Assembly: GCF_009914755.1 (NCBI RefSeq)
Contig: NC_060942.1
From: the human T2T-CHM13v2.0 reference genome, Homo sapiens
Reading direction: 5' to 3' (one strand)
DNA length: 64,000 nt
Position 1 is the stretch's first letter; the number at the start of each line of letters is the position of its first letter. The translations under genes and the position numbers were made by a program. The notes under the pieces are model-generated. The model searched no databases. It was not told the DNA's origin and saw nothing but the letters and a program-made list of their open reading frames with translations. Shown piece by piece: positions 42,725-56,725 of the stretch.

Positions 42725-42955
42725 TCTGATATGATATCCAAGATTTACTTGAAAATAATGTAGTTGATTCCATGAGGGTAAGGGCATTAAAAAAAATAAT
42801 GTGGTTGAGAATTGAAATTTCAATGAGGCTACATTCTAAATGTGATTGGCCCTAAATTGACAGTTGCTGAAGTTTGGAAATAATATGTGGGGTTCAGTGT
42901 ATATTTTCTTCATTTTTGCAAGTATTTAAAGGTTTTCATGGTGAAGGGTTAGGAA
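42725..42955 (+). mobile_element. Older L1ME-type (L1ME4a-like) 3' end
   Basis: gatttacttgaaaataat...gattggcc...gttgctgaag...ggggttca...ttttcat, followed by an A-rich tail. Confidence 0.6.
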
Positions 42956-43709
42956 CAAAACAAAAAATTATCTATAAAAAACAAACACACAAACAAAAAA
43001 TGGTGCCAGTTCAACTGGTTATACATTTCAATAAATTAATCTGACTCATACCTCATACCTTACTAATTCATTATTTTTGGAGTGTAAATATAAATGTGAA
43101 AGGTAAAACAATAAATTTTTCATAAAGTAATTAGGAAAATATTTTCTTGGCTTGAATCTTTATTTACTTTAATATTATATAGTTTGCTTTTTCCTCTCTC
43201 TGCAACTTACTGGATAATTTTTATAGCACTCTTTTCAATTTCATTTTTTTCCCTTCTGACATCAGTAATCTTTTATTTAGGCTCTCTAGTAGATTTTTTA
43301 TTTCACTTATTGTGTCTTTCTATATTATCAGTCATGCAACAAGAAGAATTTCAAGGAAAAAGTCACAACCAAACACAGTGAATAAATTTGTAAAAAAATA
43401 ATTGAGAGCATGAGTAAACAAACTCATCACTGCAAAATTGCTCTAAAGAATTAGAACCACAGTACATTTCTCAACTATTCATTCTCTACGCAGCACTTTA
43501 ATTGTTGGAAGCAGGAGTGGAGGATGTTGAGTTTTAATTTTATTTTTTCCAACCCAAAGTGACTTTATCATACAAAAATTATATTACGATGTTTATTCTC
43601 AAGAGAGCACTGCAGCAGACAAAGAAAATGCACAAAAAGCAATCACTCTCAAGTAGAGAAAAACGGTATTGCAGTACAATGTTGCAATTTCCATGATCTC
43701 ATAAGGCTT

Positions 43710-44070
43710 ATCAGCCTCACAAGAAATGCTAAAGGGAATCCTTCAGCCTGAAATGAAAGGACACTAGAGGTTAACTTAAATCCACATGAAGAATGAGCAG
43801 CACCAGCAAAAGTAACTACACTGGTATTACGAAATAAATTATGAAAGCGTTTTGTTTGTGATATTTTGTTCTGTTATTTGTTTATCAAAAATTATAAAAC
43901 TGTGTTCATAGGCTTTTTTTACGTACACAGATGTGTAAGTTGTATAACAATAAATAACTCATAGGAGGGAAATATGGCATATATTGGAGCAAATTTCTGT
44001 AGGGAATTGTAACTAAATTAATATTAATTTAAATAGATTATTTTAAATTGAAAATCATTTTTAATTTTTA
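43710..44070 (+). mobile_element. Old L1M ORF1 end and inter-ORF fragment
   Basis: caagaaatgctaaagggaatccttcag...tgaaatgaaaggacactag...aaagtaactaca. Confidence 0.7.
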
Positions 44071-45890
44071 ATGTTTAACATAAGGAATGAGCTGTTTATA
44101 AATAAACATATACACACTCAGACACACATAGACAGACACACACACACTGTCCTTGTGGATGTATGAAGGTATTAAATTACAGTATAATATGGCAGATGCA
44201 AAGACAGATGTATAAACAGGGTGCTCTGTGAGTTCTGAGGTGAACTTCAATCACTGTTGAGGTAACGGCTGACCAGAATTCTAGCAAGATGATAGCTGGA
44301 TATTCCAGGTTTAAGGGGCAGAGTAAGTCATATCATAGAAGAAAAAAATTAACAAAGACAGTACGAATGCACTTGCCCTGAGAATAGTGAACATGCAATC
44401 TGGAGAAATAATTTAGAAATATTACTAAATGAAATGTTTCATATCTAACTTTTAGTTATTTTTACTTTGAAATAAAATCTTAATCATTATTTACAAATAT
44501 TTTAAAATTTAAGTTTCACTTGTTATGTTTGTAACATGTATATTCTTTCACTTTTGAAAATATGAAATAGTCTATTCAGCAAGCCACATTTAATGTTTAA
44601 AACAGCATAGCTTAAAAATAGAAAAAAAATGGCACTATTACCTCACAGATATTTGTTCTCATTTTTTTTAAAGGACAACGTAGTTCTCAATTTTCATATC
44701 ACCTTTAGTAACTTAAGAACATTTTTTTAATGAAGCATAGAATGAGCAGGGAATTCTCTGGGGAATGTAGTGGTGTTTAACTGAGCTTAATTGGTTGAAT
44801 GAAGCAGTATTTACTCTGGGCTGGGATCTGATGGTGAGAATACCAGAATGAAGAAGGACCAGAAGAAAGCCATTTGAGAAAGAGAAGCAACTGTCCAAGC
44901 CTGAGACTTGAGATGTGACAACAATCTCACTTGAGGGAGCAAGGGAGGGTGAGGGTGGTGGGAGCATCCAGGGAGGTAGGGGAAGAGTTGCACAAACTGA
45001 GATGGGCTACACACCCCTGGCCTTGGCTTCCATTGAGTTCTCCAGTGCTGCTATTGTAATTCTTTCCTCAAATATTGCAGAGCGTTACGTGTTCCCTTAA
45101 TTAGAATGTAAATCTCTATATGGAAGAAAATATGGCTTGTTATTTCCATCTCGAGTTCTGAATGAAGGATGTCTGGCAAATAGACAAGCTCAATGTTGAA
45201 TTCCTGAGTGTGTATTTTAAGGAACGTGTTCTTTTAAAAAATTACATAGAGAGTACTCTTATTCTTAAAATAATATTTGTTCACCTTGAGTTTTTTAGTA
45301 CAAAAATAAAAACATTAATCAACTATGTAACTACCCAAAAATAAACAATTCAAAGTCAATAACTAATAATACTTGATAAATTTACATGAAAATGATCCCA
45401 TAAGTTTCAAGCAATTAAAATTTTATGAATACAATATTATATTCTTCCTTTTTACTTAAGAAATGTAATTGTTATTATTTAATATGTATTTATTTATCAA
45501 TGATATATTTTGCCATTCCCCATCTCTTTTTTACTTAGAAAATCCTCACTGTTGTAGAATTCATAAAAATATCATTCTTTTCTATTTGAATATGTCAGTG
45601 GTATAAGCATTTACATCTTTTAAGAATTTTGGTAAGTTATCATGGAGACGACAGATCTGGGTAAACACAGGTAAAATACCAAGATTCTCTTAGAACACTA
45701 CCAATTTATTTTATGCCATCAGTAGGCCGGGAAGTTGATATGCAGACATGAGGATAATGGAAAAAATGTAGGATATGTAAGAACTTTACAGGAAACTATA
45801 ACCCACGCTGTTCTTTTTGATGCACTAGTTTTCTTAGTAGCAGCAATGGGTAAAATAGCACTGAAAGTATCGAGTAGTCCCACATGCTCA

Positions 45891-46253
<363 letters not shown>

Positions 46254-46294
46254 AGAGCTGGAAAACCACAGGAACCTTAGAACACTCCCTTTTC

Positions 46295-46558
46295 TATTTA
46301 TATTCACTCCTTTGGATAGTTTCATTCAGTCTTCTTACTTTAATTGTGCATATATACACCTTAGGTTTAGAACCATTCCTGCACTACAGACTCAAGTATT
46401 CAACTGTCTAGTCAACATCTCCACTTGGATATGTAACAAGCATCTCATATTGAACATGTCAAGTACTGTGGTCCTGATATTTCCTACACTGACTTCCAAA
46501 TCTGCTCCTCAGATCATTTTTCCACTTCAGGAAATGACATCCCCATTTTTACAGTAGC

Positions 46559-46615
<57 letters not shown>

Positions 46616-47375
46616 CAGCCCTTGACTTCTTCTTTCTCTACTACCACTCCAATCATTCATCAATAATTTTTGCTGGTTCTAATTCAAAATATTCCCAGGA
46701 CCTGATTCTGTGACAACTTATATACATCTGTTGCTTCCACCTTGTACAAAATCATTGTTACCACTTCTGCCCAGATAATTTAAATACCCTCTTATCTTGT
46801 CACCCTAATTCCACCTTTGACTTCAGCTGAGGCATTAATCTTAGGAAGTAATAAGTCAGCTCAACACATTCCTCTGCTCAAATACTTTCTGACAGTGTTC
46901 CATCTCACTGAGAGTAAAAGCCAAGGCGTTATCAAATCTGAAGATTCCCTAGATAATCAACCTCCTTCCTCACTTTCCTTGTTCATTTCCATCCTCCTGG
47001 GACTCCCTGCACTCCGGGTGCCTGGGTCTCCTCGCTGTTTCCGAGGCAGAGTTTCATGCCCTGCCTTGAGACCTATGGGCTTGTGTTTTTCTCTCTTGCC
47101 CTGTTTCCCCTCCCTCCTTAAGATGGTTATTCATATATCACTCCCTCATCAAGACCTTCCTTAGTCACATTATTTATAATTGTATTTCTCACGCTTTTTC
47201 TCTCGTTATCTTCTAATAACATATTGATTGTATTTATTATCTGTTATCTTTCTGCCCTTTAGAGTATAACTTTAGTGAGAGTATGAATGTTGTGTTTTAT
47301 TCCCTCTTTCACTTGGAGAACGTAGAAGTGAAAACGGCTCATTGTAAGAAAACTATGAATTTTTATGAATAAAGA
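46295..47375 (+). mobile_element. L2a-like remnant
   Basis: caacatctccacttggatatgtaacaagcatctca...aacatgtc, cctctgctcaaa, and an L2-like 3' end. Confidence 0.75.
46563..46612. repeat. Perfect (CA)25 microsatellite
   Basis: Read directly from the sequence. Confidence 0.98.
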
Positions 47376-50300
47376 GTTTACTAAAATTTATTTGAAAATA
47401 TCACCCTGAGGTTAAGATTGATAAGATTATTAATTTTATGTGAAGCTGATTATCAAGCTTATGTTGTTTTAGGATCCAGGTAAGTCTACTTATGATTTTC
47501 TCTCATCATCCTCACTGACAGTGTCTGACATGCTTTGCCATTTTTGCCAAGTACATTGAAAATGGAGTCTCCAATGGTACTTTAGGTGTATGTTTGGGAG
47601 AGTAAAAAAAAAAAAAAAAATTCCATGGTAATTACTGTAGGTTTCATTTCCTAAAGGCAGAGTACAACAAATCTGTTCCTTCTCTTTATCCTAAAATACT
47701 TCAAGTAAAATAACCATGAGAATACATCCACATTCAGCAGGTGGATACACTTAGTTTACATCATCAAAAATCATGTAGCTGCAACCCTCAGCCTAAATAA
47801 ATGGTGGTTTATGTCATCCAGATTTTCCCCAATGGCTGAACCAGCTGTGATTCCTCACAGAGCCAGGCACCTGCAGCCTCCACTTTTGTTCTCCTCATAA
47901 TTTGCTAGCATGTGTTCAGTGAGAATAATGCACAGTGTCATATGAGGCAGAGATGGCCTAAAAAATCTCATTAACCAACACTTGAATTCATAACTAGAGT
48001 GCCTGTGGCATAGCATACCACATCCTAAATTATGTGATTACACTTTCAATTTCACTTAAATTAAATGGAGAGTATATTCAGTTTTTTGTTTTGTTTTGTT
48101 TTGTTTTCAAAGAGAGTTATCTCCATTAGAAGATGGGTTTTTGCAATAATATCAATAAAATAATGTGATGGGTAAAATATTTTGATTTTCTAGGCCTTTT
48201 TTGAAAGTTTATTTCTCTTTGTATTGGATGGACTCGCCTTCCTAGTAAAGTGGCAAGGAGACTCAGTTTGAATGTTCAAAGGCTTTAGTGTGTTTTACTC
48301 TGGAAAATATTGATCTGAATAAGTTTGAGATTTGTTTCAGGATGTGTAAATGACAGGATTGGAGTGTGTAATCCCAAATTATATTAAATATAATTATTGT
48401 ATTCTAAGAAATTACAAGACAGAACATTGAATAGTTGTCATTCTTAGAATATGATCCTTCTTGTACCTTGCTATGAGAATTGATATCGCTATGAACATTT
48501 GGATACAAAAATTTAGATGAAATGTGGCTGCAAATTGTTATCACAATTTCCCTACAAAAGCTACCAAAAATGGATTATTTCATATGAAGAAGGAAAAGTG
48601 TGTTCACTTGTGTCAAAGTGCGGAGGATTTTGTCCATAGGAGCATCCAGTGGTTTAATTGCACTTTTATTATAACGTGAGTTCAGCATAAATTTCTAAGT
48701 TGTGGAAAACAGTATCAAAAAATATTCAAAAGGCATGAGCTACAGTATTATCGCTCTAAAGTATGAGGGATTTATTGTTATCACTATAATAACAAATTGT
48801 ATTTTTGTTATAAATTCATTTATTTCAACTATAAGCTTGGTATTGACCGATTCACTGACACTGTAAGGTTATAATATAAAAATTATTTGTGTAAGAATTC
48901 CTCAATCTTGTATCAAAGTTATTTTAATATGCACTGTTTAATACTATCAAGAAAATTATAATGACCATGAACTCTGTTGTGTTATTAATCTATTTTTAAT
49001 AACTATTAATTAAATTTCAATATTTTATAGTACATTTATTTTAAAATAGAAGATTAACTAATCCATAGTCATTAACTTAACATTTTGTGTTTTCCAAATT
49101 TTTAACGTTCAGTTTACGATTTTATTGGAATATTGAGTGATCAAATCTTAAAATAAAAGTTGCCAATTTACTAAGTCTACTTGCATTACATGGAAATGTT
49201 TTTTTTTTCTTTTCTTGAACACTAATGTAATAATAGAAATCTAGGAACATCTTGGCCTCTGGAGGATCAGAAAGAGTTTAAAATATTTCATAAAAACTAA
49301 CAACATTTGTAAATATATCACTGTATTTTATGCTTAGAAAAATTGTAGTGATGCATTTCCTATATGCATATATACATATGTATCTATAGAGTGCTCGAAT
49401 CAATTTAGCATAATAACTAACATAAACGAGAGGCAAAAATAAACAGATAAGTTTAAGCATCTGCTAGCAAAATCCTCAAATTATAGGAAGTTATTGCAAT
49501 ATAGCACATCTATCATATCTGCTATGGAGTTGTGGTTACTTCTTTTAACAAATTAAGAACCTGTGTTCTTGTTCTTTACAGCCATGTAAGCAGTTGATCT
49601 TTAAATTAAAAATGGGATTCTATATATCAGTCAGATTCTGAAAGTCTCCAGTAATTTTATAATACCAAGTTTACTTTCTGCATTAATACATCACAATGAC
49701 AACCTCAAGTATATCAAATGGCATTGTGCGGTAAATATTATAGCATTACATAGACTTTATATAGAATGAAGCTTCTATTAGGAATGCTGTAAATTGTACC
49801 ACAGTTGCTAGAACAGACGCAAAGAGAGATAATAATAGAACATTCAAACAAATGCAGTAAAGGCACTGGAAGAGACACACATACTGAAGCAGAGGGATAA
49901 AACAAGATCACACATTTTGAAAAACGAACTAAAATTATGTGGAATGTACAGGGATTGCTTAAGTTATTCCTATTATCCCAATGAATCTTCACACATGCCA
50001 ACCTAGCAGATTTTAAGTTACATGTAGGGCAATTATAATATACTTGCTAAAATAAAAAGACCACCAACAATAATTTTTCCTCACATACTTGCAAAAATAC
50101 AAACATTATTCGTACAATTTTAAATTGTAATCCAAGAATAGCTATTAAGGGCAATTATCATAATAATGATATATGTTGTATAAGGTTTTCAATACTCATG
50201 ACACAAGTTTTTATTTTTAACTATGGCAAAGTTATCGCAAAGGATAATTTTAAAAAAAGCAAAAACAAGACACAAAGCCAAACAGAATATAAATCAGATT

Positions 50301-50704
50301 GCTGTTATTTTTAACATTCTTTGTCCTACATCATTGAAAACCTCTCAATATTTCAATTTCTAAAATGTAAGAAAAAATACACAGATATAACAAGGGTATG
50401 AGGGATACATCAAATGAAAATAAAGGCACAAATATTTAACTAAGATCCCTGAAGTCAAAAACAGTTTTTTGGGTTTTTTTTGTTTTTTCAAACTTAGGGC
50501 TTAATTTATGAGGATTTCTGAATTCCATCGGAATTGTCATCACAGTCAGCTTAGGAACTTGGTATTTCCTACTGACTGGTTTGGATTATTTTGCTTTCCT
50601 TATTCATAGGCCATTTTGTTAGTGGCATGCGTCCTTTCACAGTCACTTGCCTTGCCTTGGTGTGTTATGTTCAGTATGTCGTCATCATTCTAGTTTTTAC
50701 GTCT

Positions 50705-51895
50705 CTTAATTTGAGGATAATTGTAAATTCATCTGCAGTTGCAGAAAACAATACAGGGAGATCCCCTGAACTCTTCAGATTTCCCCAATTGCAATGTCTT
50801 GCAAAATATAGGACAATATCACAACCAGGAAAATGGCATCGATCGATTCGCCAATCTTATTCAGATTTGAACAGTTTAACCTGCACTCACTCATGTTATA
50901 GGCACAGGCACTTCTGTCTTCCCTCCTCGGCAACCACTGATATAATCTCCATCTCTCTAATTTTATCTTTTCAAGAAATTTAAATAAGTGCATTAATCGC
51001 ATCAAATGGCATTATGTCATATATATGATAACATTTGTTTTGAAGTTGGCTTTTGTTTGCTTAGTACAATGCACTTGGGATCCATGAAATAGTTGTGTCT
51101 ATTAGTCATATGATCTTTTTTTTCTTCAGCGTGGTGTTGTATGGTATGGATATTTCAGTTTGTTGAAGCATTCTTTATTTGAAGGCTGTCTGAGTTGTTT
51201 CCAGTTTTTCAGTTATTACTAATAAAGATTCTAAGATATTTGGGTATAGGATTTCGTGTAAAATAAGTTCATTTCTCTGAGTTAAATACACAAAAGTTAA
51301 ATTGTCTAATGATGTAAAGTGAATGTTTAATCTTGTAAGGAACTCCCAGACACATTTCCAGACTGACTGCACTTTACCGTCCCAGTAGCAATGAATGTTA
51401 TCCAGTTTCTCTACAGTTCCAGCATTTGATACAGACAGTTTTTTAAAAATTTAACTGTTCTAGAAGGTGTGATATCTCACTGTGTCTTATTTTGCATTCC
51501 CCTAAGGACATACGATGTTGAACTTCTCATTTGTGTATTTGTCACTTGTACATGCTATTAAGTGAAATCTCTTCCTTTCTTTTGCTCACTCCCTAATTGG
51601 ATTTTTCTATGCTTGTGTTTTAATGGTTCTTTATATATTATAGATAATACAGCTTTGTCCAATATGTGGTTTGCAAATATTTTCTTCTGGTCTATAAATT
51701 CTCTTCATCCTTTTACCAGGGCAACATTTTTAATTTGTTGAGTTTCAATTTATCTAGTTTTCCTTTCCAGTTCATGCTTTGGATGCCAGGTCTAATAGCA
51801 CTTTGTCTAGTCCTAGAATTAAATAATTCCTTCTATTTTTTTAAGTTCTATAGTTTTAAGTTTTACATTCGAAGCTGCAAGCCATTTTAAGGTAC
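50705..51895 (-). mobile_element. L1MC1/2-like 3' portion
   Basis: tgcagttgcagaaaacaatacagggagatccc...caatatcacaaccagga...ggcaaccactga...gtggtttgcaaatatttt. Confidence 0.8.
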
Positions 51896-52049
51896 TTTTG
51901 TTTCCAGCCCTCGGCCTTCAAGCTAAACTGGCTGATGCTGTGTAGAACAGAGAGGAGACATTTTGCTGATCCACTTCCAAACATAGTGCAGATAATAAGT
52001 GGGTATTCCTGATTTAGGACAGTACTTACGGAGCTTACTCATTTTATCA

Positions 52050-52365
52050 AAAATGGATTTTTTTGCCACATAAAAAAACATGGAAGTATCTCATTAGTAA
52101 AACTTTAAAGAAAGCAGCCAAACATGAGTATACACACTGTGTGGTTCCAGTTCAGAAAAGTAAATCTAATCTGTGATGATGGAACAGTGGCTAACTGAAG
52201 TGCTACGGGGAAGAGAGGGAGCATGGTGGAGATAACTAGCTGTTTTTCTTTTTCTATACCTGATTTGCCTGGTAATTAAACACATGTGCTGCTTTCATCC
52301 AAACATTTTTTAAAAATTCCACTTGGGATTCTCTGCATACACGTAACAATAAAATAATTAAAAAT
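52050..52365 (+). mobile_element. L1ME-type 3'UTR remnant
   Basis: aagcagcca...tacacactgtgtggttcc...aatctaatctgtgatg...aacagtgg. Confidence 0.5.
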
Positions 52366-55300
52366 AGCTAAAAGGCAAAGAAAACAAATATATAAGTAAA
52401 CTATGACTTCATGTGTGAGTAAAATTTCTTTAATATTCTACCCTTTATATTTTGTATTAAAATTTTATTACCACTGAAAGAGGTAACTAGGACTGCAGGT
52501 GTAATGCTCTAGTTATGCGGACCTCTGCCCACAGTCCAATAGTTGTGCTCCTCTCCTTAAAATTAAGGGCACTTTGAGTCTCTCAACTCTGTATCCTATG
52601 TGAGTACTATTCCTGATCATAACCAGGACAGATTCAAAGAGCCCTGGACCAAATTTTGATCCTAAGAAAACAAGTTGCTTTTTGCTTATCTGATTTAGAC
52701 TCTGTGCCTTAGGTTTGATTTTAAAATATCAGCTTTCGTTCCAATAAATTGGCCCTATAGTGTCATCAATTTTTTAGAAATTGGCTCTTGCCTAGTGTGT
52801 ATCTGAGTGATGGGTATCCTGGGTCTGAGTCCCCAGTTTAGGCATTTCCTAATATAGATCGTAAGTGAAAAATGCAAAATATAATGCTGTTCAAGTATTT
52901 AAACTTCCAATTTATAATCTCACAATACACAACACAGGAGGCCAAATAATCTCCAATATCAGGTTATTTTGGCTTTGTTCCTTGTTAACATCGTTCTGGG
53001 AAATCCTTATAAGATTCCTTCTTTTTCCCAAAGAATTCCACCACTGAATTAAATACATTCCTCTTTACAATCTCATACATGATTCAGAAATATTCCACTC
53101 TCTTAACCTCCTCCAAATATGTGAACATAATGCTTCTAGCTATATATATAATGTGGCCTCTCTGTCTGTCTCTTTCTCTCTTTCATTTTAACCTCATTGT
53201 GAAATTCTGGTGTGTACTATTTGTTTAACGTTGATTTTTCCTGCTCCATATTAAGACATGTCTGGCTACTTGCTTGAGTCAGGGTGGCTTTAGCTCCTGT
53301 GAGATCGTTAATTGAATGAACCACGTTCTGGCTCTCCATTTCATATGCCAAACACATTTCAAGAGAATCCTCAGGTGGATAAAGTGATCTTTCTTCTCCT
53401 CCTGTTACACATTCTGTGACACAGGCAACAATTCAGTATTTCTCTGTGCTCTCAACACCTTTTACAATTTTTTGAAACAGTTTGATTTTTTTTTCCATTT
53501 TCTCTTGTCAGAACTCTGACAAATTCTCTTGCAGAAACAGTGGTGTGAGAACTGTCCACTAATGTTATACTCAGCTTCTACTCTGATCGAAACCAGCGGT
53601 TCTCTTTAATTCGGACACATTGATTTAAAACAAGTTTAACAGGTGTTTCTTGCTACAGGAAATCACTTTCTGGACTCTTCATGCAAATGCACCTATCTCC
53701 ATCTGCTCTAAAGTCTCAGCACATTCACTGACACAATCCTTTGGCGAATAGTGTCCATGCTAGAATACTGAAAGGACAAAAACTGAGTAAAACATAGAGT
53801 CTACACATTACAGCAGAAACACTCTTTTCCTGTAACATCTTCAAAGAGGATATAACTAGACACTTTGGCTGGTGACTCTCATTTCATGGGCCTTTCCAGT
53901 GATGTTTGCACTTTTTCCTGTTATGGGTCAATTTGGCTATCACCTCCTCTTGCTTTTCCTTTGCCTACAAAATGGACTTTTCTCTAGGATGCTGAGCTAC
54001 ATCTCATTTTGTTACGGCATGGCCATCTCCCGGATTCTCCTGTTTCATAGATCTTAACTGCAGGCCTCTGTCCCTCCACTGGATAAGGACCTTTATGTTT
54101 TTGAAGTGCTGGGAAAGCCCTGCTCTGTTTTTAATAGTCAGGGAGCAGAATGACAATGAAAACTATACACAACTAAATTACTGTGGAAATAAACAGATGT
54201 AGTCAGGAAAATATACACATAAAATACGTAAGATCATTTGAAAAGAACATAGCTGAAAGTAAGTTACATTTAAAGCACTTGACTTAGTATTATAATTTAG
54301 CCTATAATATGTCGTGGAATGCTAGAAACCTCATGCGTCCGTGAGTTATAAAATATATTTTTATTTAAGGCAAATATAAAGAAGTACCTTCATTTAACTC
54401 TTCTCTTTTTTCTTGCACACCTTAATTACAGCAATTTTCCTTGAAAATGTACTTTTGGTTCATGCTCCTCTAATCTTCTGTTTTAAAAGTATTTCTGTAA
54501 AATATTTTACTGAATGAATTCTGGCTCCAGATTATGACTAGGATACTTTTTTTTTTTGCTTTATGCACATCTTAAAAGTACTGAATTTCTACTTCTCCTT
54601 AATTGACTCCCTTCCCTGTCATTCAACCTGAGCACCCCTGCTTTAGCTCAATTTCAACTCTGCCCTACAGAAGGCACGCTGCCACATCTGCGAAACTCAA
54701 GTGACTAGATGTCACTTCAACTCAATTAACTGTCCCAGCTTTCTCCTCTGTGAAAGGGAAAAGCAAAGGATGCCTGATCAAACACTTACACCTCAGATAC
54801 AAAGGGATGGATTTGGCCCTGTCACCATGGCTCTGACAGTGGGAAATGACATGCACAGACACGCCAGATGCCGAGCTTGCCGAGGTGTATTTGAACTCTC
54901 TGCTCCAATGTCAATGTGCTGAATTAGAGGTTTAATGAACGCCTGAAGAGTAAAGGTTTCCTCTTCCTCTGAATATTAAAGACTTGAGAAACCACTTTGG
55001 GTCGTTCTTTCCTAGTGCCTTTCATTGATGTAGTTTGTGATAATCAGCGCAATATATGATAAAACACCTTCGGAGCGGGATGGATCCAACACAGTAATTG
55101 TTCATTTCTATGGCAGCGTCCCCATTCAGCCCATTTCACAGATGCATGTGACAAACTACAGATGCCATTTGAGTTATATGACTTATGAAATCCATGGGCT
55201 ACACCTTACCAAATGGGCATTTTCATATTGCCTAACATTTTTCTGAAAATAATTGAGAATTTTAGGGCCACAGGGAATTCCTCTCCAAGTATTAATGAGT

Positions 55301-56211
55301 ATGTAACTTTGATATACGTTTTGGGACGAATGTCTAGCTTATGTTGAAGAACTACCTCTTACCTGTCAATAAAATTTGCAAGTCATTACAGGGTTAAAGA
55401 GACAGAGCACTTTCTTTGACTCTTATGGTGTCTGTTGTAGTTAATAATCTCAGGAATTTATTTCCAAATTATTTTCAAGACAAATACATTCAGGATAATA
55501 GAAGAAAAGCTAAAATTGCTGATAAACCCAGTCCCCCATATGTTCTATAAGAAGCTTTAAATTTGATTAGCATGTTTTGAGGAAAGTCAACATTCTTAGG
55601 ACGAGATCAAACTGTCTTGTAACAGTACAGCTAACTGTGCTAAGCAGAGTATCAGAATATATTCATTTGCACAAAATGTGTTTTGTGAAAGATTATGAAG
55701 CAAATCCAATTTCCAATCTGTAAAAGAAAAGGGGGGATGACTTGCATACTACATTTCTATTCCTTGATGTTTTTAAGCATGACACAAATTTTGATATCAG
55801 CATTTTGAACCTGTTATTTATTACAGCTTCAAGAATGTGCCCTACTGTCTGCCTGCTGTCTGGGACTGAGTCAGTTGATGATGAGGTGTTATGCAATTTA
55901 AAATAGCCTGGGGAAGCCTCCCGGCAAATCTTGCAATTCGTTCTCTTTCTGTGTGTATATTTCTCATTATATTTTATTTTTGAAAATATACCTTAAAATA
56001 TAGTTAGATACAGTTATATTTTGGAGTGAGGCAAAACGTCATGATAGTTGCGTATGCCATTTAAGATTGTACTCCTTTCAATATCATGGGTATTATTTTC
56101 CTGTCGGCTGCCATTCTGTAGGCAAATATTAATCTCAACTAGCTGTATTTATTGTTTGAGGTAGATAGAACTTACAAAACACCATAACAATTATACTGCA
56201 ACAGGATAAAT

Positions 56212-56313
56212 AGCTTTAGTGTGTGTCTTATGAGGAAAGAAAAGAATAAGAAATAAGCAGAAAAACAGCTTTTGTGTGTCTTATGAGCAAAGAAAAGAAT
56301 AAGGAATAAACAC
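56212..56313. repeat. Tandem duplication with a unit of about 55 bp
   Basis: agcttt..gtgtgtcttatgag.aaagaaaagaataag.aataa at 56212 and 56267. Confidence 0.9.
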
Positions 56314-56440
56314 AGAGTGATGGGCTGCCTCTTATATGACAGTCACTTTATTAGGCACTGTCTTGTATCAAACCTGTCAGGAGAAAATGGTCTGTACAGT
56401 TTAATTAAATTACCTATTCCGTTTAGTAAAATCTAATTGA

Positions 56441-56725
<285 letters not shown>

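Noticed and set aside
48775-48812. Short AT-rich inverted repeats (also near 10675 and 32415)
   Set aside because: Arms of 7-9 bp are expected by chance at this AT content.
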